Assembly (NCBI GenBank): GCA_965153285.1
Contig: OZ229111.1
Source of the DNA: Podarcis tiliguerta
Lineage: Eukaryota
DNA length: 64,000 bases
Direction: 5' to 3' (one strand)
Shown here: positions 25,641-38,936 of the stretch, piece by piece
Position numbering within the stretch: position 1 is the first letter of the stretch
Layout of the letters: the number at the start of each line of letters is the position of its first letter
The notes under the pieces: model-generated
The model's input: only the letters and a program-made list of their open reading frames with translations
The model's database searches: none
What the model was told of the DNA's origin: nothing
Translations under genes and position numbers: made by a program

Positions 25641-28129
25641 GTTAAAACTATGATTAATTTAAACAAGCCAGGATGAACCCTTGGTATATGATCCTGGCTT
25701 CTTCACTAACTAGAATTCCCTCAAGTTCCCAAGTAATAAGGAACTTTGGTTCATTTGAGACTGGAAGCAAATACTTCTGCTCTCCTCCTTACAGCTGCCC
25801 CAGACAGGAGGATGGGGTGTAAGTGAGCATGAGTTTTAGCAATATGTCCCATCTTGTCCTGATCCCATGGTGAAGCCCACAGGGCAGGGTGAGTCTGTTG
25901 TTACGGTACCAAGGAAACTTCCCAGTGAACAACTTGCTTCAGGAAGGCTTAGAAGTGAACTGAAGCCTTTTGAACTTCTGCCTCTAAGCCCCTTCTCATA
26001 GGTTCAATCTGCTTTTGGAAAACTGGCGTCTCTGAAAGGGGCCATGTTCTGACCTAAAGCCCTTGCACCTCGTGGCCTCCCTCCTTGTGTGCTGTCTGTG
26101 CTGTGGACTGGTGAGGTGGTGTGGGAAGCATTTATTTCCTCAGATCTGGGGAAAGGTAACCCCCACAGTCCTGGCTCTTGGGATCCTGAAACTGTGAGAA
26201 CTGGCTCAGCAGGTTTTTGCTTGCCGGCCTTGGGTGCAGTAGTCTTCTGACCATCAACACCAGGCTCAGATCCAGGAACCTTAGCCAGTGACATTGTAAC
26301 ATCTAATTTGGGGTCCTGGTCACTGCTGGGCTCTGGGGTCATATCTCCAAGCATATAATTGTTTAGCATACTGTCCAAACTGACCCTTTGAATGAGAATT
26401 AACAGAGGAGTGGTTGTCTTGAATAGTTTTTAAGACTGCCTCTTTCATTTTCTGCTTTTTAAAAACTAATGGGAGCTATGTGCACAGCATTGATGAGAAG
26501 CTGAATTGTTTATTCTTCAGTTTTGTCTTAATTTAAAAAAGGAACATTTAGCTTCTAATATTATCCTCCAAATCCATTTGCTATTTAATTTTCCTTTCCA
26601 TTGTGCAATTTTTTGTTTTGATTTGTTTTGAGGCTGTCTCTGTACAAATAAAACATGTTGTTGCTTTTATTCTTTACCATATCTAGGTTCTTTGTGGAGC
26701 CCATTGGCTTTTCTCAGTTGTCATTGTGCTTTTCTACTTAACTATAGTGGTGCTTCTAGATTTTCTCCTGCAGGACAATCAAACAGCAGCTTCTGCAAAG
26801 TCTGCCTTAGATCAGTGCTTGGAATTGGTGGATTTCCCAAGGCCATATTTTTATTTGACTAGCACTCTGTGCTCTTTCAGCCATTCTGATAACTCATGTG
26901 GGCTGCCAGTTGCATTGTGTCACGAGCACCCCCTCACTGCTAGACTCCCAATTGCTCTGCGCCAGAGAATCAGGCGCAGACCAAGTGAGTTTGGCCTCAT
27001 TACTTCAGGCAAGATTAGCATGTGTGACATGTTTGATAGAAATCTGGAGGGCAGGTCTGAGGCACACATCATAACTGGGATGTGTGCAAGTGGCTGATAT
27101 AAATAAGTGAATAGGTCTGAATAAGAAAAGCCAGACAACAAAGATTTAGCATGATGATACAGAATTCACCTCTGAATTAGTCCTACAATTTTGGTTTCCT
27201 GTCTCAAAACCCTGCTTAGAGATCTACAATTTCTAATATCTTCCCTGTATAAACACTAGCCTTTCACTGTGTGTGAAATGGATACATGCAATGTCTTCTG
27301 TTTCAAAGCCTAAAGATGTGCTGTCTCCTGTGAACAAATGGCTTTCACCAAAGAGAAGATTGCAACCTGAGAAATTTTACAAGGGAAAGGTTTATTTTTG
27401 TTTGGAGTAATTGGGGAGTAAAAGCTTGAGAGCTTAAAATGGTAATGTAATGGTTTAATGCATAATAGTTGTAGAACAACTGGATGTCTTCATTATGTGG
27501 CAAATGGTTGAATGAAGGAGAAAATAGTGCAGACTTGCACATGCAGTTATTAAACCTGAGAAGTTCATTCAAATGCTTAAAGAGTATTCTATAGTGCAGT
27601 TGTAGGCATGTCTACTCTTGTGTAAGCTTCACGGACTTCAGTGGGACTTACTCTCAGGGAGGTGTGCATAGGGGTGCAGTCCTAAAGAATGGATAGATTT
27701 TTTGAATTGTGGTTTAAGCCACCATGGCAGCATTTCACATTCAATGCAATCTTACCATGTTGGTCACCCTTTCTGATTTTATTAAAGCCAGGAAGGGTGT
27801 ACACTGGAAACACTGGGAAATCTGAAATTCCCAAATGCAGACTATGCTGTCAGAATGTGAGAGATTTTGACCAAACATATATTAATATGAAAAAACTTTG
27901 GTTTGGTGTGTGTGTGTGTGTACACACACACACATGCATGCACATGAAAGGGCAGCTCCTTCTGTGCCTGACTGACAGATGCTGACAGTGCAACCCACAA
28001 AGGACTTAAGCTAGTTAAGCCAGGTGGGCTTTTGGGACCACAAAATGGAAACTATTAGAATTTGCAGCTTGAGAGCCTAGCTGTCAACATCACACACTTA
28101 TCTCCATCATATTATGGTTTCCTGTACAA

Positions 28130-28425
28130 CAGTAGTGGGGAATCTGTGGCCCTCCATATTTTGTAGAATCATAGAGCCATAGAACTGTAGAGTTGGAAGG
28201 GACCACAAGGGTCATCTAGTCCAACCTCCTGCACAGCAGTAATCTTTTTTGCCCATTGTGGAGCTTCAACCCATGACCCTGAGATCAAGAGTCTCATGCT
28301 CTACCAACTGAGCTATTCCAGCTGAACTCCAACTCCTGTTAGCCCTAGTCAGCATGCCTAGTGGTCAGGGATGGTGGGAATTGTATTCCAGCAACATCTG
28401 GAGGGTCACAGGTTCTCCACCCCTG
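28130..28425. mobile_element. Palindromic hAT MITE interrupted by a SINE
   Basis: The left arm ggggaatctgtggccctcca and right arm catctggagggtcacaggttctccacccctg are separated by the 28164-28322 SINE. Confidence 0.8.
28164..28322 (-). mobile_element. tRNA-Lys-derived SINE with CR1-type 3' tail
   Basis: The minus strand begins TAGCTCAGTTGGTAGAGCATGAGACTCTTGATCTCAGGGTC (tRNA-Lys(CTT)-like) and ends GGTCCCTTCCAACTCTACAG...TCTATGATTCTA (CR1 3' end). Confidence 0.85.
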
Positions 28426-30139
28426 TGGTACAGGATGAGCATACTGGAAATTAGAAATGGGGGGGAAAGAAGTGTTGTAGAAAAGGCAAGATAGCAACAG
28501 AGCAAAGTTGCACATCAAATTTGCACGAACGTTTTGGACTACTATCTCTGGATAATGTTCTTAACTGTAACTTTAAAAAAGAAACTGATTTCCAATAGAT
28601 CAGATTAGGTAGGAAATAGAAAATTCTGTGAAGATGTATTAAGATGTCTGTATTTAAATGGTACAAAACATTTGTATTTGGCAATGTAATTAATGTAGTA
28701 AAACTAGCTAATTTCCTCCACAAAGTTCTTTTAGTAAACACCCACACACATTCTGTTTTAATAGGATCACATTGCTTAAAATTTTCCAGGAGCCTGACTC
28801 TGACAGCAAATACTGCTGCATCAGCTGGTTAATGGTACAGTTGTGTATAAAAAAGTCATGTTATACTTCCCATCAATTACTTTGTGATTTTCTCTATCTC
28901 TAGATATTAACCTTAGCAGGTTACAGGGGGTGGGGTAGTGGGGTGGGGATTAATACAGTACAAGCATTTCTCTGTTTGATACTTCATTGTTCTTGGATAA
29001 TGTTACTACAATGGGGATCTAGCTCTGGTTTCATTCCAATTAAAAACCCAGGAAATGTTTCTAGTTTTGAGCAGCTGCAGAGGTTTAAACAAAGTCTGTA
29101 TTTCATCTGTATTCCCAGAGTATACATTCCTGGGCTGTGTTAAATGTACTGTATATGTAGTGCAGCACATTGACTTTGAGCTTTACAAATGAAGTTGAAA
29201 AGAATGTAAAACACAAGGGCTGCTGTGAATTTTGTAGAATACTTAAGCTCATTTTTATTCTGTAATTGTTCAGAGAAGCAGGGTATGAGGGAATGGCATC
29301 TCTTTTTGTACCTATGTAACAGCAGCTGATTTACAAGATAAGAGGTGAAGTTTGACATTTATGAGAAGGCACAAATTGAGTCTTCATTGTGATTTGTTAA
29401 GAAGATATTGAGATTATTCTAACAACTTGGTACCTAGGCCTGCCTGAACATTTGTGACCTAGTGTGTAAACTATACCAAACTATGATTTGCTGACTTTTA
29501 TCTGCACGAACTGTTACTATGCTGTATGAAGTTTTTCTAAGCCATCGTAACATAAGGTGTTCTGTGTGAGTGCTCAGAAACCTCAGTTGGTTCAAAATGC
29601 ATATAATACGGGACATATATTATTTCATTTGTGATGGTTATTGATTTGTTTCCAGGTTCGATGCAAAGTACTGGTTTTGACTTCTAAATCTCTCAATAAT
29701 CTGCCTTATCCTAGATGTCCCTGGCCTTCCACTTAAATCAGCATTTGAAGCCTTGCCTTGCATTCCTTCATATGCAGAAAGCAGATGGGCATATGAGACA
29801 GGGCCTTTTTAGTTGTGGAGCCATGATTAGGGAACGACATGATAATGGATTAGGGACCTGTTTCTAAAATTATTTAAATGCACATCACATACGATCCCAT
29901 CATACTTCATAATCGGTCGATATTGCCAATACATATTTTTTTAGAAAAATGATTGCTTTTAAATGTACAATGTGTTGGTTTTCCATAACACATACTTTGG
30001 GGGAAACTACTTAGTTTCTATTTAAAACAAATGTACAAAGGTGGACTGAGATCTACTTTCAGTTAAGCTGTGTTTTTAAAAGAATGTTGTTTAATTCGTT
30101 CGCCCAATAAATGTGTTCTTAATATTTCATTTTCAACAG

Positions 30140-30472
30140 TGCCAGAACCTATTAAGACCAGTTTAAGCCAGCCCCAACCTGCCGGTACCAGTACCAGTAC
30201 TTCCACCAGCACTATTACTAACAATAGCAATGGCAAGCGTGCATCTGCCAATGGGCAGCAGCCAGCTGCATCCCGATACCTGCCTCGTGAGGTGCCTCCA
30301 CGCTTCCGCCAACAAGAACAGAAGCAGCTCTTAAAAAGAGGCCAGCCTCTGCCTACTGGAACTCTGATCAGCACGAGCCCAGCGCAAGGTACTGGACAAG
30401 CAGGAGCAAGTCCTCCTCCACAGCCAGGAGTAGGTGGACATCACCACCCCAGTAAAACTCAGACCCCAACAG
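30140..30472 (+). CDS. TNRC6C: TNRC6C exon ([14 protein letters not shown]...[25 protein letters not shown]...)
   Basis: Acceptor ttttcaacag| and donor CAG|gtaagg. 333 nt, phase 1 to phase 1. Contains the conserved TNRC6 [11 protein letters not shown] motif and lies within ORF 30070..30540. Confidence 0.95.
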
Positions 30473-32120
30473 GTAAGGATTTATGCTGGGAAATGCATTG
30501 CATGAAGAGAACCTGTTCAGATTCTCAATTAAATAGTTAACCTTTAACTCAGAATTGCCTTTCTCCCATTCAGAACATAGTGGTCATTTAGAGGGGAAGA
30601 CTTTGTTCTGTTCTCTGGTCGCAGGAGTACATTCACCTAGAAAGTATGTGCGAGCAGTGTAGAAATGAGACTTAATTCTTCAGAAACACTCAAATAAAGC
30701 CATGTTGGTAGCTTATTAAGCAGTAGTCACATGCTGTTTCTGTACCAAATGTTGCCTGTTTCAACACTGCTGATCTCTGCTTACCATACTCTAGTTGAGA
30801 ACATTGCCCATGCATGCTTCCCTGAGAGGTTAGAATGTAAATGTAATTAACTAAAAGTCTTGAAACCAAGTTAGCAAGAAGCAGCTTGTAATTGTAAAAG
30901 CTTTCCTACAGGCAACAACTAGGACTAATTAATTGAGAAAGTGGTTGTTTTCAGCTAAGTTCTACTGAGGGTAAACCCACTGAAATTACTAAACCCATGT
31001 CTGTCAATTTCAGTGGGTCTACTCTTATTAGAACTTAGTTGGATGCAACCTATGTATCTAAAAATGGTGTACAAAAGGAATACAACTCTCAAAATGGAAG
31101 GTGGATCTCCATGGGAAGAGTGCATTCCTTCAACCAAAACCTTCACAGCCTGATGCTTGTATATCTGAATGGACCAAGTGATGATTGCTGATCAGCTCAT
31201 TCTGAGTCCGTACATCTTGAAGTATATTTTGGCTTAAATAATTGTTATGGTGCTTTTGCTTCCTTGATACCCCATTCTGAGTAGACATTGAAACATATTG
31301 TGCTTGAATATACTTGTACTGAGATAGGCAGATCCTATAAGCTAAGGTGTATGCTATATGGAGGCTTTACAGTTAATCTGTAACTTAAAGGGAGGCACAC
31401 ACCTTTGAAGAGTCTTGCCTGTTCACTTTATTTTGTTAATTGGTAGATTGATTTACTATGTTTTGTCAGAGCTGCATCCTTGCTACAATGTTCAGAAGCT
31501 ATAAGTGTCCTAAAAGCCATGAGGCAATGTTGCCTTCTCAATGGACTTTGGCTTCATGCTAGGTTACATGTGCATAATTTTAAGGTTTGTTCTGATGTAG
31601 CCATAATGCAGATAATCTTAAAATATTCACTGTTACAATAACAACATTAATTTTCTTCATAGTTATTTGTAGCCCACATAGGAAAACATAACACAACATT
31701 TAATCTTGCTTCATGCTTGGTTGACTTCAGGTATTCCTTTCGGATCTTCAGTTCTCATAATAGAAGGCTGTCATGGGGAAAATAGGTATATAACATGTAC
31801 TCAAGTAATGCTTCATAATATTTCTCATTAACCAATCTTCAGAAACGTTTGAAATCACACATCCCTTCTAAACTCTCTGTATCTTCTGCTCAGTCACGAA
31901 TATCTGCCTTGCTCCTCTAACCCCTGTGCAGCAGCTTCTTGTCCACTTGCTTGGATCCACTCCCATCTGTTTCTCCTTGCTGCATTTCATCTCTGCTTTG
32001 AGTAAACTGGACATCCAGGCAAGCAAGAAATATCAGCCTCCCTCCTGCCTGTTTCCAGCAATTCCAATGCAGTTATAGCTCACTGCCTATTGAGAAATCT
32101 TAAATTTTGACTGTTTATGG

Positions 32121-32247
32121 AAGGGGTGGGGAACCCGTGGCCGTCCAGATGTTGGACTACAACTCCTATCATCCATGACTGGCTGGCTGAGGCAGAGGAA
32201 AGTTGGAGTTCAGCAACATCTGGAGGGTCACAGGTCCCCCACTCTCA
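32121..32247. mobile_element. Palindromic hAT MITE
   Basis: ggggtggggaacccgtggccgtccagatgttggactacaactcc...catctggagggtcacaggtccccca. Confidence 0.75.
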
Positions 32248-32371
32248 GTTTATGACATATGTAGATATGATTCAAATATTTCATACTACCAGCTGTTCCC
32301 CTGCATAACCCAATCTGAGGAAAGCTGTCCGCAGAATTTGTCCATGAATGCATGAAGCTGTCTTACATCAA

Positions 32372-32552
32372 AGCTACATACATACTATACCTTTAAAACA
32401 CATTTCTGCCCTCCAAGAATTCTGGGCAGTATAGCTTGTTAAGTGTTGCTGGGAATTATAAATATGTGAGGGGTAAAAGACAATGCCCAGAATTCTCTGA
32501 AGGGAAAGAATGTGCTTCAGAGTTGCTTGAAAGGTATAGTATGTGTGCAGTC
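32372..32552. mobile_element. Palindromic MITE of a different family, inserted in a decayed SINE-like sequence
   Basis: Inverted arms catactataccttt / aaaggtatagtatg and agaattctgggca / tgcccagaattct. Confidence 0.6.
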
Positions 32553-33067
32553 ATAGTCAAATCATTGTTTCATCTGGTTCTGCTTTGTCTATTCCGACTG
32601 GCAGTGACTTTCTAGTGTTTCAGACTGGTCTCTTTCTCAGCAATACCGGAACATGCCAGGTATTGAACTGGGGCTTTCTGTGCAAGTTGGGTCCTGTTGT
32701 ATCTGACCAAAAGGCCATTTAGTCCTTTGCTCCAAATACTTCCTATTCTAACAGTGGTCAGCCATTTGTGAAGTTTGCAAGCAGGACCTACGTGGACCTA
32801 CCTCCAGATTGAGGTAGAGGAATGGGAATAACATAGCCCTCTTCCCTTTCTAAGAAGCTGCTGTTTATGCATTGCAATCATTGTCTGACACCACTAGATC
32901 TTCTGAGTCTTCCTTTTATAATTTTGCCAAATGCTTCTACAGCCTTTAAAATGTGTTTGTGGGAGGGGTTTTTTTGTTTTGTTGTTTTTGTTTTAACTAT
33001 TTGTGCTTTTACCTTGTATTTTTACCTTGTGAACCACCCTGATATGATGGAGGGTGGTATATAAGTC

Positions 33068-33130
<63 letters not shown>

Positions 33131-33167
33131 TGATAGGCAGGCAGGCAGGCAGGGAGGTAGGTAGATA
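33068..33167. repeat. Compound tetranucleotide microsatellite (GATA)n(GACA)n(GGCA)n(GGTA)n
   Basis: Direct reading. Confidence 0.95.
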
Positions 33168-33289
33168 GAGCATACTTTCCCCACCTTTGATATCCAGCAA
33201 CTGGTATCCAAAGGCATATGGTTTCTGATTGTGGAGGTAGTATGCAGCCATCATGGGTGGTAGAAATTGATAGTCTTGTTTTTCAACAG

Positions 33290-33790
33290 CCTCCCTGACC
33301 GAACTGGCTGAGGTTGTCTTGTTGGAGGAACCCAGAGAGGTGGTTTGGGTGACTTCAGCATGCATGGTGAGGATTCCTTATGTTCAGCTCAGGAGTTCAG
33401 GGCAACCATAGGCCTTTTTCAGATAGTCATTGTTCCAAGGCACAGAACAGGGCATAATCTTGATTTAGTCTTCACTTCATGTGAGGAGAGGTGGGTCTGG
33501 AAATAAAGGATGGTGAATATCACTCCATTATCATGGTCAGACCACTTCTTTGTGAGATATGGACTTGCAACGACAATTCTCCCTTGCAAGGGTGGGGAAC
33601 CAGTTAGGATGGTCCACCTGCTGGAGACTGATGGAATCTGATAGATTCCTAACTGCTGTGGGGATTTTTCAGTGGATAGAACAGGTGATCCTGTCAAGGC
33701 CGTAGTTTCGTTATGGAATGGTGAGACACAACTGCTCTTGAAGGCCCTTTCTAGTGCTGTGGAGTCCACTTTGTTTCGTTATATACTGAG
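33290..33790 (+). mobile_element. Decayed L2/CR1-clade LINE ORF2 fragment (APE endonuclease C-terminal part)
   Basis: Ordered motifs LGDFSMH (about 33345), GHNLDLVF (about 33450) and PLSWSDHF (about 33525) correspond to the APE GDFN, GHTLDL and SDH motifs. No continuous ORF remains. Confidence 0.75.
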
Positions 33791-36700
33791 AAAGTGTGGT
33801 TGATGAAATGGGCTGAGCTAGGGTTGGAGCATAAGTTTCAGTGAGCCACTCTATCTCTGTATTGGTTTGAATAAAATAATTTATACAGAATGTTGACACA
33901 ATTTATTTCTCAAAATCTGAGTTGGAACTTATTGTTTGTTTAAGTCAGCTGAAAAATTCAGCAGCTGTTACTTTAAGAAACCATGAGAGTTGGCAACTGT
34001 TCCTGCTATAAATGCATGATATGATATTGTAGCAGGATGAGCTAGTCCTGTGAGAGTTAATGGGCTTTAGGCCAGCTTATATCATAGCTGAGAAGAATTA
34101 CTTGTGGATCTCAGAATATATTCCTTCCCAATAATAGCCTGAGAAAAGATGAGGCTAAAAGGGGTCTACCAAAGCTGATCCAGGCAGTATGAATGAAATG
34201 CAAGGCTTATTTGGAGTAAGTAAATGGAAGGAGGCGTTCTTTCGTAAGAAGGAGTTCAAGATACACTGAGTGCAAATCTTTCCAATCCCTTATCCAAAAA
34301 CAAATGGATAAATGTTTTAGGTATATTTTTTAAAAATCCATTTTATTGATTATTGTGATTAGTAAACTATTTTGCATTTTCCCCAATCTAAATGGTTATG
34401 ACTCAGAGGGGGCAGTGCTGAAGTCTAACGGAAAGTTCTATGTCCTCTGAAACACATTCATTGGGATCAGACTGTGGTTCTTCAGACATGAGGAGGAAAG
34501 CATTCATGAACAGCAGGACAGAACCTGAGCAGTAAAGTCAAAATCAAAAAACAGTTTCAGGGGCTAAATCGTGGTGAGGTTTGAGTTTAATTGAGCCCTG
34601 ATTCCCATTTTTCTTTCATTTGTATGCCTTAATACGCTTAACAGTGATAGAAAAATGGGCTGGCACTTGATTATTGTTTGTAGCAGTTTAAGAATCCTTG
34701 TAAGCAAAAAGTGCCAACATCCTTCTTATTGGAGTTGAAGTCTTACCCCATTTCCCTCCAGCTCTTGTGCCTTTTTGTATTGTTTTTGTGCTTCCTGGCT
34801 ATGCAGTCTTAAGGCTGGCAAAATAATCTTTTCTAGGTATGCTGAATGCTGAAACATTCCTTAAATTCTTAACATTCCTTTGTTTGTTTTTCTCAAAGGT
34901 CTGAAGTCCTAGACCTTAAATGCTGGTTTTTAGTGTGGTTGTAACATTTCATCAAATTGTTACCAGCTAATATGAGATCTTTAATTGAAAATACATGTGT
35001 TGTATCCAGTGCTGTGTGAGTGAAGCTGCACTTGTGCAATGGGACTGCAGCCTTTTGTGAACTCCCAAATATGCTCTGGAGGCCTGCCCCCTTTTGGGGG
35101 TGTGGGGGACTATAGAGGACAGGACAGGAAGGTGAAGGCACCCTCAGCAGCATTTGGGTGCAACCCTATGTATTTTAATATGTTTATTCTTGAAAGACAG
35201 TTATGCTGCAGCCTCTATGCAAATTGCTTTATTTTATTCTTCCTAGTGGATTAGTTCATGTGGAGTTATACATAAACCTTAGGGTTTTGATTGAAATAGG
35301 CTGGGTTTAGAATGCATTCTCAGTTATAGCAGTGTGATTCTGCTTTGTCCTTTATTTAGGTTTTTAATTCTGCCTAGCCTTGATATTTCTGGGCGGGGAA
35401 CATATGAAAACAATAGCAGTAAAATACTTTAATAAGATAGGAAAATAAATCTGCCATCAGGTTTCATATGGTTTTGAAGCACATTCTGCTCAATCTTAAA
35501 ACAAAATGATTTTAGTTTCTTGGTTGCACATCAAATGTTTGAATGTCTGGAGAAGAACTCCACTTTTGGCAGAGGGCCTTGGATAGATTTTCTAAGTGCT
35601 GATGCTGTTGAAATCTAAATATGTAAGTGGAGAACCAACAAGAATGCTAGCACCAAATGTACACTTGAAGGAAAGATGACAGGAAGGAGAAGTAATGGAA
35701 CTGGAGGAGTTTTATGCTTTCCAGTATATCTTTAAACTGAATGAATAATAAAATTGCTAAGATACAACATAAATTTCCATGGGCAGTAATCAGTTACCTA
35801 ATACATAAAATATGTATGCAAATAAATGCCATATTTGTTAAAACATTATTATTGCTAAACTGTTTCTACCCTACTCTATCAGAGCACTTTACATATGGTT
35901 GCCAGGTGATTTCTGATCCAGGCAGCTTTACTTTCATTTCTTCAGCAGTAGAACTGTTGAGTGCATTCAGACCATTTTTGAGCATTATTGTTCCATATTT
36001 TGCTAATTAAAAACATAGTTTCATGTAGTATAGCTGACGACTTTGAAAAGCAGATGTGTTTTGGAAAACTCTCAAACTAGAGTGAAAATTAAAGGTGGGT
36101 ATGGAAGTGGAAAGCTACACACATTCCAAAATATAAGGACAACCACTTTTGTGCAATGCCTAAACAATAACTTAGCATTTAAAGAGAAGTAGACTTGTGC
36201 ATGCTATTTAATTTCTTAAAGATGGGTGACATATCTGTGACCACTATTTTAGATACACCTCTGCACATAATTTATGAGACCTTGTTAAAACTGGATGCTA
36301 GCTTAAACATTCAAACTTCACTGAATTACAAACGATTGCATTGCCTTGATTATCTTGAGGTCTAAAACTATGAAAAATATTCCTATAAATGCAGTTTAGT
36401 CCAAAGTTCACAAAGAATGAAAGGAGAATTTCCCCAGAATTCTGTAGGTTCTGATATATTTGTTAATATCCCCTTTTTAAAACCTTGTCACTTGCTGTAC
36501 CTGTTATATGATACTTATTGAAATTCAGACCCCTGATATTTCGAAATTTCTGAGTGATAGCTAATTAAGCCATATTTGGAGTAGACCCATTGAAATCAAG
36601 GTGCTTACATTACATAATTCCATTGATTTCAGTTGTTCTACTCTGAGTATGACTAATATTGGATATTGTCCACTGGTTGCCAGAATACGTTTCTTGTATT

Positions 36701-38484
36701 ATAATATGTTCCTACATTATGTTCCCAAAATACATTAAGTGCTTACTACACTTTTCATCATCATATAAACATGAAATTTAAGTAGTAGTTTGCTTAAAAG
36801 ATTTTGTCCCTGAGCCGAACATTAAAATGTGTCTTAATATAATTTTATTTCTCAATGGGGGAGAGGGAGGAGAGTGAACAAATTAACCCACTACCCAGTG
36901 GGGTATATTGGAAACTGAATGAGAATTCTTCAAGGCTATCATATCATTAAAGTTTGGCTACATGGAGAAGGGGGTACAGAACGGTCAGAAGGAGTGTGTG
37001 AGACATGGCCTTTGCATCTAATAATAGCTGAGCCTTAAAATGTTTGTCTCGAGGTTAAGGAAGAAGAGCATCACTTTGGTAGTTGGCTAAACTTGGCATT
37101 TGGGAGGCTGTGAAAAGTGTACTATGTAATCAGTAACCTTTGCTGCCTTACAATGGAGTTTTTGTATATTTTTAGCATGGCTAATCGGTTTTGACTGGGT
37201 TGGAAGTTGACCTGCTCTTCCTGCTGCTTATGTCCCACTTGAAGTCCTAATCTTCCTTTGGGATGTTTGTGACATAACACTTACTTGCTGTGGTGGAGAG
37301 GAAGGTGCCTATCATGTAAAAGAAGTTTAGGATTTCAAATGACAATTCCAGATAAATAGATTAATTTCTAAGCAGAAAGCTGATTTTAATTTATCTCCTA
37401 AAATGTATGCACATGTTTGTTTCAAGTTACATATACACAGATATGTTGTCCTAAGCATTATGATACTCTGTTAGAGGTGGCCACATTATTTTATTTATTT
37501 AAATGCATTTATAAATGTCTTATTTTTAAAAAAACCTCTGTGCGGTATACAATATTTCCGTGTAAAATTATATTAAAAAGTAAAATTACCATTTTTGTGT
37601 GCTTAGAAGATATTGCAATTGTAACTTGCACCAAAAAGAGAACACTGCTTTTATTTTCTGCTTGAGACTTGCCTAAAAAAATTCCAGACATCTGAGAAAG
37701 TAATATAACTGGAGAGTTGTAACTCTCTTTTTGCAAAAAGAAAAATATTTTCTGCAGGGCTGAAAGAAAAGAATAGCTTTAAATTGATAATCTGTAATAA
37801 ACTACATGTACACCACCTTTGGTTCTATGATGGAAGAAAGTCAGAATATAAAAGCAACAAAGGGGAAAAAATGGAAAACAGCATTAGTAATTGCTGCACC
37901 CATTACTTAGTGACATATAGGTGGTTGGGTGTAAGACTGGAAAAGTGGTTTTAATTCCTAGGGCCAGCATCACATTTTGGGGTTGCCTTTGTCATGGTTT
38001 TAAATGCCAAACTTAAACTTGTAGGTGCTTGGCTACCAGGTGCTTGGGAGTCTTCCAACATTGGCAAGATCCTGCCAACAGCTGATCTCTCTATCTAGTA
38101 TGTCTGTGAGTAATTGGAATAGTTTGGAACACATTTTAAATACCTTTGAAGTCTACCATGTTTAAAGGACAACCAAGTAGCTACAAGTGCAGAGTATAAC
38201 TCTTTCCAGATATACATTCTGGAGTGAAATATATTCCTAAATTCCCATCCCATCCCCATAGGATGCCTGACAACTATAGCTCAATTCAGGACACCTTTGG
38301 GATGGAAAAGGAAGACAGATGTTGGTTAATAGGGCAGAAGTAATTTTATTTCCTCATAAACTAATGTCTGGCTTTTCAGTATTTAGCAATTGTTAGAAAC
38401 TAACTTGTAAATAGTACTTTAGTACTTTGAACACACCACAGTGGATTTTTAAAAATTAAAAATACATATTTGATATATTTGTAG

Positions 38485-38924
38485 CAGGGCTCAAAATTAG
38501 CAGGTGCATTTTGCACCCAAAGATTCTCCATTTGCGAGCTCCTCAAAAAGTCTGAGTGCCATTTTTTTTGCGCCTGGTTATCACTCAAGGATTACTGAAA
38601 TATATGTGCTTTGAAGTCTCAAAGTATATGTTAAGGATAGACAATATGTTAAGGAGTTGAACAATAAAGAGTAGAGCGTTTTGAAAACTGAAGTACGGTA
38701 CCAATACTTTTATTTTAAACACCAAATTAAACATGTACTAACAATTTTTTCTAAAAATGTGATTTTAACAATGTGTCACTTATGTGAATTGCATATTAAT
38801 TCATGCTTATCAAAATAATAAATAAGTGTTGCTGACCCCCCTCCCCCTGGCGTCTAGACATTCTGTTTTGGCGCCCACAACCCAGGTCCCAGAAGCCATT
38901 TGGCTCCTAGCTATTCCATCCCTG
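38485..38924. mobile_element. Possible older hAT-like non-autonomous element adjacent to the Tc2-like element
   Basis: Begins CAGGG and ends CCCTG, with weak subterminal inverted similarity. The TSD is not convincing. Confidence 0.35.
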
Positions 38925-38936
38925 TTTCTAACACTA

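Noticed and set aside
28250-28322. Functional tRNA-Lys gene on the minus strand
   Set aside because: The B-box and acceptor stem are degenerate and the sequence is fused to a CR1-type tail, so it is a SINE head.
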